Assembly (NCBI GenBank): GCA_964396265.1
Contig: CAYNEM010000005.1
Location: 9,563-73,562 of the forward strand
DNA length: 64,000 nt
Direction of reading: 5' to 3'
DNA from: an uncultured Methanomassiliicoccales archaeon
GTDB taxonomy: Archaea > Thermoplasmatota > Thermoplasmata > RBG-16-68-12 > EA-27
The stretch's first letter is position 1, and each line of letters begins with the position of its first letter. Below are positions 56,457-64,000 of the stretch, in pieces. Both the position numbers and the translations under genes were made by a program. The notes under the pieces are model-generated. The model was not told where the DNA came from. It did no database searches and saw nothing but the letters and a program-made list of their open reading frames with translations.

Positions 56457-57170
56457 GTGAACCAGAGGCCGAAGCTTCCCGAGGCGATCTACCGCGCCTG
56501 CCTCTTCGTCCTGCCCTTCGCGTGCGCCTTTCTGTACGTCGTCTCGCTCCTCCCGATCGTCTCCGGCGACGCCTGGCTTGTCATCGTGCCTGGTGGGATG
56601 CTCCTCTACATGTTCGCGCCCGTCGGCACGGAAATCGTCGTCCCCCTCATGATGCTCGAGCTTCAAAAGTTCAACGCCGCGCCGCACGAGTACGTCCTGG
56701 CGGTGGTGAGCATCGTCCTTGTCGACGTCTTCACCGCCATGTTCGTCGCGTGGAACTGGGACCTCCTCGAGCGTGTGCCGCGCCTGGGCGGCGTCCTGAA
56801 GCGCGTCGAAGCGAAATGCCATCGGATGATCGCGAGGCGCCGATGGGGGGAGGGCATGACCCTCACGGCGCTGGCGGCGTACGTGGCGCTCCCCGTGCAG
56901 ATGACCGGGGGGCTGTTCAGCTCCGTGCTCGGGCGCGTGATGGGGATCGACAAGACGCGCGTCTTCCTGGCGGTCACCGCCGGGAGCGCGATCGGCGCGG
57001 TCCCCATGGGGATCGTGGGCTACGTCGCGGCGCAGGCCGTCCTCGACGCGTTCGAATCGCCCTCGGCCCAGACGATCGGCGCCGCCGCGGGAATCTTGAT
57101 TATGATCGCGTTCGTTGCCGTCGTAGTGTTCCTGTATCTCCGGGGGAGGCGCAATGAAGATCGAGGGTGA
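56457..57170 (+). CDS. small multi-drug export-like membrane protein
   Basis: Multi-TM; YVALPVQMTGG motif. Confidence 0.7.
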   Translation: MNQRPKLPEAIYRACLFVLPFACAFLYVVSLLPIVSGDAWLVIVPGGMLLYMFAPVGTEIVVPLMMLELQKFNAAPHEYVLAVVSIVLVDVFTAMFVAWNWDLLERVPRLGGVLKRVEAKCHRMIARRRWGEGMTLTALAAYVALPVQMTGGLFSSVLGRVMGIDKTRVFLAVTAGSAIGAVPMGIVGYVAAQAVLDAFESPSAQTIGAAAGILIMIAFVAVVVFLYLRGRRNEDRG

Positions 57171-58098
57171 GAGGTTCCTCGTCACCGGCGGACTCGGGTT
57201 CATCGGCCGGCATCTCGTGCGGGCCCTCGTGCTGCGCGGCGCGACGTGCACCGTCCTGGACCGTGCGAGGGGCACCGAACCGATCCGCGACCTCATCGCC
57301 TCCGGGAAGGTCTCCATCCACCACGGCAGTGTCCTGACCCACGACCTGGCGGCGATCCTTCACGACTGCACCTCGGTCTTCCATCTCGCCGCGAGCGCAG
57401 ACGTCCGCGCCGCCGAACAGAACCCGAGCGAGGTGTTCGCGAACAACGTCTTGGCGACCGCGCGGCTCCTCGACGCGATGCGCGCCGCCACCGTGACCCG
57501 GGTCGGATTCGCCTCGACCTCGACCGTGTACGGCGAACCGAGCGTCGTGCCCACGCCCGAGGACTACACCCCGCTCGAACCGATCTCCGTGTACGGCGCT
57601 TCGAAGCTGGCGGCGGAGGGGCTCCTCCACGGATGGGCCGCGCACGGCGGGACCGCTGTCGTGTATCGGCTCGCGAACGTCGTTGGCGGTGGGGCGTCGC
57701 ACGGCGTCGTGCACGACCTCGTCTGGAAGCTGCTTGCGAATCCGAACGAGCTGGAGATCCTGGGGCGCGAGCCCGGGACGCACAAGTCGTACGTGCACAT
57801 CAACGACACGCTGCGGGCGATGATCCTCGCGTGGTCCAAGGTCGACGCGGGGGTCTCCGAGTTTAACGTCGGCGCCGACGACGCGATCACGGTGAAGGAG
57901 GTCGCGGACGCGGTCTGCACGGCGACCGGTCTCCAGCGCGTGCCGTACCGGTGGACCGGCGGCGTGGATGGCGGCGGGTGGACGGGCGACGTCCGCAAGA
58001 TGCGTCTGTCCATCGAACGCCTGAAGGCGCTCGGATGGCGGGCCCGGTACGGGAGCGCGGAGGCCGTGGCGCTCGCCGCCAAGGAGCTCGCGCGCTAG
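57154..58098 (+). CDS. NAD-dependent epimerase/dehydratase (UDP-glucose 4-epimerase-like)
   Basis: TGGLGFIG, HLAA, STSTVYG, YGASK. Confidence 0.92.
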   Translation: MKIEGERFLVTGGLGFIGRHLVRALVLRGATCTVLDRARGTEPIRDLIASGKVSIHHGSVLTHDLAAILHDCTSVFHLAASADVRAAEQNPSEVFANNVLATARLLDAMRAATVTRVGFASTSTVYGEPSVVPTPEDYTPLEPISVYGASKLAAEGLLHGWAAHGGTAVVYRLANVVGGGASHGVVHDLVWKLLANPNELEILGREPGTHKSYVHINDTLRAMILAWSKVDAGVSEFNVGADDAITVKEVADAVCTATGLQRVPYRWTGGVDGGGWTGDVRKMRLSIERLKALGWRARYGSAEAVALAAKELAR

Positions 58099-58132
58099 GG
58101 TTCTTATCGACTGTGCGCCATCGGCCCCGCAT

Positions 58133-58207
58133 GGGGCTGTGGGGTAGCTTGGTCCATCCTGCGGGCTTTGGGAGCCTGTGACGGCCGTTCAAATCGGCCC
58201 AGCCCCA
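58133..58207 (+). tRNA. tRNA-Pro (TGG)
   Basis: Acceptor GGGGCTG/CAGCCCC-A, anticodon arm CGGGC-TTTGGGA-GCCTG, T-loop GTTCAAATC; CCA not encoded. Confidence 0.95.
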
Positions 58208-58521
58208 CTCCCGGCCGAAGACGCGGTGGTCGGTATCACCGGCGACCGGTAGCGTCCACACGATTAAATATCGCAGTCTCCCCCAAGAGGATGCAGCGAC
58301 GTGACGTCGGTGCGCAGAGGCGAACCATGACGCGACAGAAACCCACACCCAACGCGGACATCCGGCCGGTCGACCCTGCGGCGAGTCAAGCGACCCGCGC
58401 GATCTCCTCCCTCAACCGATAGGCCGTCGCGGCACCGGGACCGGCTCCCCGGTGCATGGGGCCCTGCGGACCGACAGGTGGCCGGAATCCTTATCCCCCG
58501 TGAGGAGATTGTCGTCGTAGA

Positions 58522-58821
58522 ATGTCCTCGGTCCGATGGATCCCGCTCTTGGGTCTCTTCGTCGCCCTCGCCCTCGTCCCTGGCGCCCTCGCGCACCACT
58601 GCAACGGCGGCGAGAGCGCACGCCCCCCGGACCAGTTCTCCGCGCAGTCTGTCCCGCCGTCGCCGTCCCCTCTGGCAATGGTCGGCCTCGTCCTCGTCCC
58701 ACTCCTCGGCCTGCTCGCCGCCGTGGCCATCGCGATCCCATCCCTGCGAAGGACGGAGGCGCCGAAGGGCGCATGGGAGTTCAACGGCACGGCGTACGTC
58801 TGGGTCCCCACGAAGAAGTAG
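58522..58821 (+). CDS. small secreted/membrane protein
   Basis: Signal peptide ending ALA|HH, Pro-rich linker, TM, WEFNGTAYVW tail. Confidence 0.65.
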   Translation: MSSVRWIPLLGLFVALALVPGALAHHCNGGESARPPDQFSAQSVPPSPSPLAMVGLVLVPLLGLLAAVAIAIPSLRRTEAPKGAWEFNGTAYVWVPTKK

Positions 58822-58824
58822 GCC

Positions 58825-59490
58825 TCAGGCGAGGCGCGCTTTCTTGATCCTCCACGAGCCGGAGGTTCCCTCCCAGACGGGCTCCGCCTCGAGGACTTCG
58901 AGACGCTTCCGGAAGAAGGGGGCGTGGAGGACGATGGTCTCGAACTCGCCTCCCTCCCCGCACGGGTGAAGGCCGACGCGGTCCCGAAGGCGAAGTAGGT
59001 CGGCGATGGCGCTCGTGTCGAGGGGACGGCCGAGCCACGAGGCGTCGAGGCCCTCCGCGCTAACCGCGGAGAACCGGATGTCGAACCCTGCGGCCAGGTA
59101 ATCCGCGAGGAGGTGCTCGGGATTCCGCCGCCAAAGCGGGGCGAACACACGGACGCCGAGCTCCTGGCCGATGCGGTTCACGCGCGAGTGCTGGTAGTCC
59201 GAAGCGATCGCACCGACGAGGATGCCCTCGGCCCCCGTGCGTCGAATCGCGCGGCGCAGGGCGTCGAGCTCCCCCTCCTCGCCGGACGCGGCGGACTCCT
59301 CGACGATTGGGATGCCCATCGCCTCCGCGAGCAGAGGGGCCATGTGCACGTTCGGGACGTGGTAGAGCATCGAGGCGGGATCCTCGGGATGGATCGTGAT
59401 GGCGTGCGTGACGTCCCACGCGCGCTGGAGCGCCGTGTGGATCGCATACGTGGAGTCCTTCCCGCCGGAGAACAGGGCCGCGACCTTCAC
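58825..59490 (-). CDS. dph6: diphthine-ammonia ligase
   Basis: ALFSGGKDS, GAIASDYQ, PLW, GEGGEFET. Confidence 0.92.
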   Translation of the reverse strand: MKVAALFSGGKDSTYAIHTALQRAWDVTHAITIHPEDPASMLYHVPNVHMAPLLAEAMGIPIVEESAASGEEGELDALRRAIRRTGAEGILVGAIASDYQHSRVNRIGQELGVRVFAPLWRRNPEHLLADYLAAGFDIRFSAVSAEGLDASWLGRPLDTSAIADLLRLRDRVGLHPCGEGGEFETIVLHAPFFRKRLEVLEAEPVWEGTSGSWRIKKARLA

Positions 59491-59512
59491 GGGCCCGGAA
59501 TCGCACGGCGGC

Positions 59513-59980
59513 TTAACCCGTTGTGCCGGGCGCGTCGAGCACGCCGTCGGACCGGATGTACCCAAGGAGGTCCCGCAGCCGGTACGCGTCCCCGAAGCGC
59601 TCCTGTGCGCGGCCGAGAGCGATCCGGGTCCCGTCCCCGGGGAGGACGACGGGCATCGCCGCCAAGAACGCCTCCGTCTCCCGCGCCCGCTCGTACCCAT
59701 GCGGGGTCAGGAAGTACGCCTTCTTCCTGCGCGCGCCGCCCGCGATCCGCATCGTGTCGAACGTGACGAGGCTGTGGCTCCCGAGGGCCTGCAAGGCGAG
59801 TGTCACGTGCGACCGCCGCACGCGGAGGGCGTCCGCGATGCCCTGCTGGGTGATCGCCACTGGCGCGTCGACCCGGCCCGCGTGCTTCGCGAACTCCACG
59901 AGATAGACGAGGACCTTCTGGTTCAACGTGACCTTTACCCGCCCGGTCCCTGGCTGCGCCAACGCCTGCCTCCTGCCCAC
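59513..59980 (-). CDS. winged-helix DNA-binding protein
   Basis: TQQGIADALRVRRSHVTLAL...RKKAYFLTPHG; start uncertain. Confidence 0.75.
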   Translation of the reverse strand: MGRRQALAQPGTGRVKVTLNQKVLVYLVEFAKHAGRVDAPVAITQQGIADALRVRRSHVTLALQALGSHSLVTFDTMRIAGGARRKKAYFLTPHGYERARETEAFLAAMPVVLPGDGTRIALGRAQERFGDAYRLRDLLGYIRSDGVLDAPGTTG

Positions 59981-60108
59981 ACCGCAAGTACGGCCGCGAG
60001 CGTACTTAGGTAGATTGGTCCAGTCGTTTGTATCTCGCGAATCCGTTCGCCTTTTCCCGAACGTCCGACGGGGCGAACCTTTTTGTCGCGCGCGGGGTTC
60101 GCGACGGC

Positions 60109-60786
60109 GTGAGCGAAGAGCTGAAGCGGATGGCCGGCGAGGCCTCGATCGCCCGCGTGGAGGACGGGATGACCGTGGGGCTGGGGACGGGCTCGACCGT
60201 CTCGTACGCGATCCGCAAGCTCGCCGAGGTCGTCCGGGAGCGCGGATGGAAGATCCTCGGGGTCGCGACGTCCCTCGCGACGGAACGGCTCGCGCGCGAG
60301 GTCGGGCTCCGGCTCATCTCCCTCGAGGAGGTCGAGGGCGTCGACATCGCCATCGACGGTGCCGACGAGGTCGATCCGAGGCTGAACATGATCAAGGGTG
60401 GCGGGGGCGCGCACTTCCGGGAGAAGGTCGTCGCGCGGTCCGCGAGGTCCGTCGTGATCGTCGTCGACGCGTCCAAGGTCGTCTCGGTCCTCGGCACGAG
60501 GATGGCGGTGCCGGTCGAGGTCCACCCGTTCGGCTGGCGGCAGACGAAGCAGGCGCTGGAGACCCTGTGGTGCACCGCCTCGATCCGGAACGAGGGCGGA
60601 GAGCCGTTCCACACGGACAACGGGAACTACATCCTCGACTGCAAGTTCGGCGCTATCCCGAAGCCGGAGAAGCTGGAGCGGGAGCTCAACAACGTCCCGG
60701 GCGTCCTCGAGAACGGCCTGTTCGTGGGCCTCGCGGACGTCGTCCTCGTCGCGGGCGCCGAAGGCGTGCGAACGCTGACGGCCTAG
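60109..60786 (+). CDS. rpiA: ribose-5-phosphate isomerase A
   Basis: GLGTGST, DGADEVD, KGGGGA..REK, TDNGNYILD. Confidence 0.97.
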   Translation: MSEELKRMAGEASIARVEDGMTVGLGTGSTVSYAIRKLAEVVRERGWKILGVATSLATERLAREVGLRLISLEEVEGVDIAIDGADEVDPRLNMIKGGGGAHFREKVVARSARSVVIVVDASKVVSVLGTRMAVPVEVHPFGWRQTKQALETLWCTASIRNEGGEPFHTDNGNYILDCKFGAIPKPEKLERELNNVPGVLENGLFVGLADVVLVAGAEGVRTLTA

Positions 60787-61151
60787 CCCGCCTGGCGCTT
60801 GAGCTGGCGCACGGTGATCTGGATCTCCTCGATCTTTCGCTTCTCCTCGCGCGCGATCTCATCGACGATGTCATCGAACGCGAAGGCGAGGCGGTACGCG
60901 TGGACGGGGCGGCCCTTGCCTTCCTTCTTGACGTCCCGCTTGTCCACCCACTTCCGCCGCCGCAGGTCCTGCATCGCGATGCTCACCTCGGGCTGACGTA
61001 GGCCCGTCGCCTTCTCGATCTCGACGGACGTCGTCTCCTCCCGCGTCGAGAGGAACACGAGGGCCCTCGCGACGTTCTTCGCAAGCCCGGTCCGGACAAG
61101 AAGTTCCACCGCCTGGTCGTCGCGGTGCCGGGTACGGGCCTCCTTGCTCAT
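60783..61151 (-). CDS. small wHTH transcriptional regulator (ArsR/TrmB-like)
   Basis: [19 protein letters not shown]...GKGRPVHAY. Confidence 0.88.
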   Translation of the reverse strand: MSKEARTRHRDDQAVELLVRTGLAKNVARALVFLSTREETTSVEIEKATGLRQPEVSIAMQDLRRRKWVDKRDVKKEGKGRPVHAYRLAFAFDDIVDEIAREEKRKIEEIQITVRQLKRQAG

Positions 61152-61295
61152 TGTGGGCTGTCAAATATTCTTCGACCAATATATATGTGTTCCGATTTTT
61201 CATTTCGGACCCTGAGAAGTGGCGTCGGGCGGACCCCCTTGCGTCTGTGCGACAATAACCTTTATTACGCTCTCAAGATTAGGCATCGAAGCCCC

Positions 61296-61583
61296 ATGAA
61301 AATCCCTCGCACGATCCGTGGGTATTGCCCCCACTGCAACAAGCACACGCAGCTCGAGGTGGAGCGCGTGAAGAACCGGCCCCGGTCCGAGCTCCGCCGC
61401 GGCCAGCGTCGTTTCCGCCGCGTCACCAGGGGGTACGGGGGGTTCCCGAGGCCGAAGCCCGAGGGGCGCGAGAAGCCCACGAAGCGGGTCCACCTGCGGT
61501 ATCGGTGCAAGGAGTGCAAGAAGGCCCACCAACGCCCGGGGATCCGCGCGAAGAAGTTCGAGCTCGTAGAGGTGCACACGTGA
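61296..61583 (+). CDS. rpl44e: 50S ribosomal protein L44e
   Basis: [31 protein letters not shown]. Confidence 0.96.
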   Translation: MKIPRTIRGYCPHCNKHTQLEVERVKNRPRSELRRGQRRFRRVTRGYGGFPRPKPEGREKPTKRVHLRYRCKECKKAHQRPGIRAKKFELVEVHT

Positions 61584-61759
61584 TCCCCCAGCCCCGCGGC
61601 CGGTTCCTCAAGATCAAGTGCGAGGACTGCGGCGGGGAGCAGATCGTGTTCGACCGCGCGGCTACGACCGTCCAGTGCCAGGTGTGCGGCGCCACGCTCG
61701 CGAGGCCCACAGGCGGCCTCGCGGACATCGAGGGGGAGGTCCTTGGGGCGGTGGAGTAG
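61580..61759 (+). CDS. rps27e: 30S ribosomal protein S27e
   Basis: [16 protein letters not shown]...[14 protein letters not shown]. Confidence 0.96.
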   Translation: MIPQPRGRFLKIKCEDCGGEQIVFDRAATTVQCQVCGATLARPTGGLADIEGEVLGAVE

Positions 61760-62620
61760 ATGCCCCGTGGACTGGACTTCCCGGAGCCGAGCGAGCTCGT
61801 GGTCTGCACCGTCGCCGACGTGAAGAACTTCGGCGCGTTCGTGTGGCTAGACGAGTACCCGACGGAGTCCGGCAGGAAGAAGCTCGACGCCCGGTCGAAG
61901 AACCCCGACAAGGCGGACGCGGTCCCGTTCGCGACCGGCGACTTCCGAGAGGGGTTCATCCACATCACCGAGGTGGCGGCAGGGTGGATCAAATACATCC
62001 GTGACTACGTCCGCGAGGGCCAGAAGGCCGTCTGCAAGGTCCTGAAGGTGGACGAGGCGAAGGGCCACGTCGACCTCTCTCTCAAGGCGGTCAACGAGCA
62101 CCAGAAGCGCGAGAAGGTCCAGCAGTTCAAGAACGAGCAGAAGGCCGACAAGCTCATGGAGTTCGTCGCCGCCAAGATCGAGGCGACCGTCGACGCGTGC
62201 TGGGAAGATTTCGGCTACGCGCTCGTGGACAAGTTCGGTTCCCTGTACGGCGCCTTCGAGGTGGCGGTCGTGGACGAGGGCAAGATCGAGAAGATCTCCC
62301 CGGGGGCCGCGTGGATCCCCTCGTTCGTCGCGGTCGCGAAGGAGAACATCACGCCACCGTACGTGGACATCGACGGATACATCGAGATCCGGTGCCCTCG
62401 GCCGGACGGGGCGAAGCACATCCGCGACGCGCTCGTCAGGGTGCAGAAGGACGAGAAGGTCCGCGTGACCGTGCAGTACATCGGCGCCCCGAAGTACCGT
62501 CTGCTCGTGCGGGCGGAGGACTACAAGACCGCCGAGGAGGAGATGGCGAAGACCGCCCAAAAGGTCATCAAGTACATCGAGACCCATGGCGGCGAGGGCA
62601 AGTTCATCCGGAAGGAGTGA
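61760..62620 (+). CDS. eif2a: translation initiation factor 2 alpha subunit
   Basis: FPEPSELVVCTV, GFIHITEVAAGWIKYIRD, DLSLK, YIGAPKYR. Confidence 0.96.
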   Translation: MPRGLDFPEPSELVVCTVADVKNFGAFVWLDEYPTESGRKKLDARSKNPDKADAVPFATGDFREGFIHITEVAAGWIKYIRDYVREGQKAVCKVLKVDEAKGHVDLSLKAVNEHQKREKVQQFKNEQKADKLMEFVAAKIEATVDACWEDFGYALVDKFGSLYGAFEVAVVDEGKIEKISPGAAWIPSFVAVAKENITPPYVDIDGYIEIRCPRPDGAKHIRDALVRVQKDEKVRVTVQYIGAPKYRLLVRAEDYKTAEEEMAKTAQKVIKYIETHGGEGKFIRKE

Positions 62621-62628
62621 GTCCGGAC

Positions 62629-62793
62629 ATGCGTACGATCATGCGGGTGTGTCGGGAAGACCGGACGTACACGCTGCGGGACGCGTGCCCGAAGTGCGGC
62701 GCGCGGACAATCTCCCCCCTCCCGCCGCGGTACTCGCCGGAGGACCGGTACGGGGCCTACCGCCGTAAGCTCAAGCAACAGGGAGGCGCGTGA
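62629..62793 (+). CDS. nop10: Nop10 ribosome biogenesis protein
   Basis: YTLRDACPKCG...PPRYSPEDRYGAYRR; conserved operon position. Confidence 0.93.
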   Translation: MRTIMRVCREDRTYTLRDACPKCGARTISPLPPRYSPEDRYGAYRRKLKQQGGA

Positions 62794-63555
62794 ATGGACG
62801 ACATCCAGATCCACTACGACGAACACCCGCAACTCGAGAATCCCACCTTCGTGCAGGGCCTGCCGGGCATCGGGAACGTCGGCAAGCTCGCGGCGGAGCA
62901 CCTGAAGGACGAGCTGAAGGCCGTGAAGTTCGCGGCGATCTACTCGAAGTTCTTCCCGCCCCAGGTGCTCGTGCTCGACGACGGCCTCGTCCGCCTCGTC
63001 CAGAACGAGCTGTACTACGTGAAGCGCCCGGGGAAGGGCGATGTCGTCGTCCTCGTCGGGGACTACCAAGGGCTCACGCCGGAGGGTCAGTACGAGCTCG
63101 CGGATTTCGTCCTCTCGGAGCTGAAGAAACTCGGCGTCCACAAGCTGTTCACGCTCGGCGGGTACGGCATGGGCCGCATGGTGACGAAGCCCCGCGTCCT
63201 CGGCGCCGCCACGGACGCCGCGCTCGTGAAGGAGATGGAGGGGCACGGGGTCGTGTTCGCGCGCGGTGAGCCAGGCGCGGGCATCGTCGGCGCGAGCGGC
63301 CTCCTCCTGGGGCTCGGGAAAATCTACGGGATGAAGGCTGTCTGCCTCATGGGCGAGACGTCCGGGTACTTCGTCGACCCGAAGAGCGCGCAGGCGGTGC
63401 TCGAGGTCCTCACGAAGGTGCTCGACATCCAGATCGACTTCGCGGAGCTCGAGAGCAAGGCGAAACAGATCGACCAGATCACGAGCAAGCTGCGCGACGT
63501 CGACAAGGTCGAGGGCGAGCAGCCGCCGCGCGAGGACCTGGGCTACATCGGCTGA
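62794..63555 (+). CDS. PAC2 family proteasome assembly chaperone
   Basis: GLPGIGNVGKL, FPPQV, TLGGY, GETSGYFVDP, DLGYIG. Confidence 0.93.
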   Translation: MDDIQIHYDEHPQLENPTFVQGLPGIGNVGKLAAEHLKDELKAVKFAAIYSKFFPPQVLVLDDGLVRLVQNELYYVKRPGKGDVVVLVGDYQGLTPEGQYELADFVLSELKKLGVHKLFTLGGYGMGRMVTKPRVLGAATDAALVKEMEGHGVVFARGEPGAGIVGASGLLLGLGKIYGMKAVCLMGETSGYFVDPKSAQAVLEVLTKVLDIQIDFAELESKAKQIDQITSKLRDVDKVEGEQPPREDLGYIG

Positions 63556-63612
63556 GTACCCCATCGGCGAGGCCAAGGTTCTTGAGCGTCCCCCTCGCTA
63601 CGCGACGATTGG

Positions 63613-64000
63613 ATGACGAAGGACGAGGCGAGGAAGTTCTTCCTGAAAGGCTACGAGCGGGGGCTCAAGGACATCATCGCGGAGGTGCTCCGCATGACGT
63701 CGCGCGGATACGGCGGCACGGAGCTCTCCGTCGTCCTCCGGTCCAAGGCGATCGACAAGGCCATCGAGGCGATCGACCGCAAGATCGAGGCGGGAGAAGT
63801 CGAACTCGGATTGGAGGCGCCGACCCTGGGCCGGCTGCGGGGCCGGGGCTCGTACCTCGTGCGCGAGGCGAAGGGCGAACAGGTGTTCGCCCTCGTCCAG
63901 GAGATCACCGCCAAGGGGGCGCGGCCCCTGTGCATCTCCCGGACGCATCCGGACGACCTGGCGGTGTTCGGGCTCGGGGCCGCGGACGTCGTGTGGCTCA
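63613..64000 (+). CDS. DUF835-domain protein, N-terminal part (runs off window edge)
   Basis: Own translation MTKDEARKFFLKGYERG...SYLVRE...LCISRTHPDDL...VVWL; LCISR.HP is typical of DUF835. Confidence 0.7.
   Translation, partial: MTKDEARKFFLKGYERGLKDIIAEVLRMTSRGYGGTELSVVLRSKAIDKAIEAIDRKIEAGEVELGLEAPTLGRLRGRGSYLVREAKGEQVFALVQEITAKGARPLCISRTHPDDLAVFGLGAADVVWL

Noticed and set aside
58208-58520. Integrated element or small ORF after tRNA-Pro
   Set aside because: No integrase and no duplicated tRNA 3' end seen; the short ORF near 58290-58422 has no supporting motif
1-64000. CRISPR array, rRNA, intact transposase or integrase
   Set aside because: No regularly spaced repeats, rRNA-like sequence or complete mobility gene seen

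Overview
High-GC archaeal chromosomal window, most consistent with an uncultured Thermoplasmata lineage (inferred from the rpl44e-rps27e-aIF2alpha-nop10-PAC2 operon, giant AglB, Bud32/RdgB, Tsr3, Trm112, Dph6, archaeal pilins, and bacterial-type folate-dependent purN/purH/purD/folD/metF). Most of it is housekeeping. Four things stand out. (1) A seven-gene, tightly coupled operon at 21628-27138 (V4R protein, KaiC-like ATPase, Roadblock/LC7 protein, coiled-coil/wHTH protein, two V4R-like proteins, GNAT) looks like a self-contained, uncharacterised signalling system. (2) A second KaiC triad with one apparently active and two degenerate members lies directly upstream of two type IV pilins. (3) A mosaic accessory island at about 5200-12480 carries three paralogous MDR oxidoreductases, a fragment resembling an integron-integrase N-terminus fused against a truncated regulator, and an orphan + PIN-domain gene pair. 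(4) Two intergenic candidate small RNAs of about 60 nt each show a TATA-like box, a hairpin, a U-tract and an exposed CCUCC motif. Also present are two probable toxin-antitoxin pairs, tRNA-Pro(TGG) and a large BNR/B-repeat surface protein. All calls come from visual motif recognition; no database searches were run, and several start codons are estimates.
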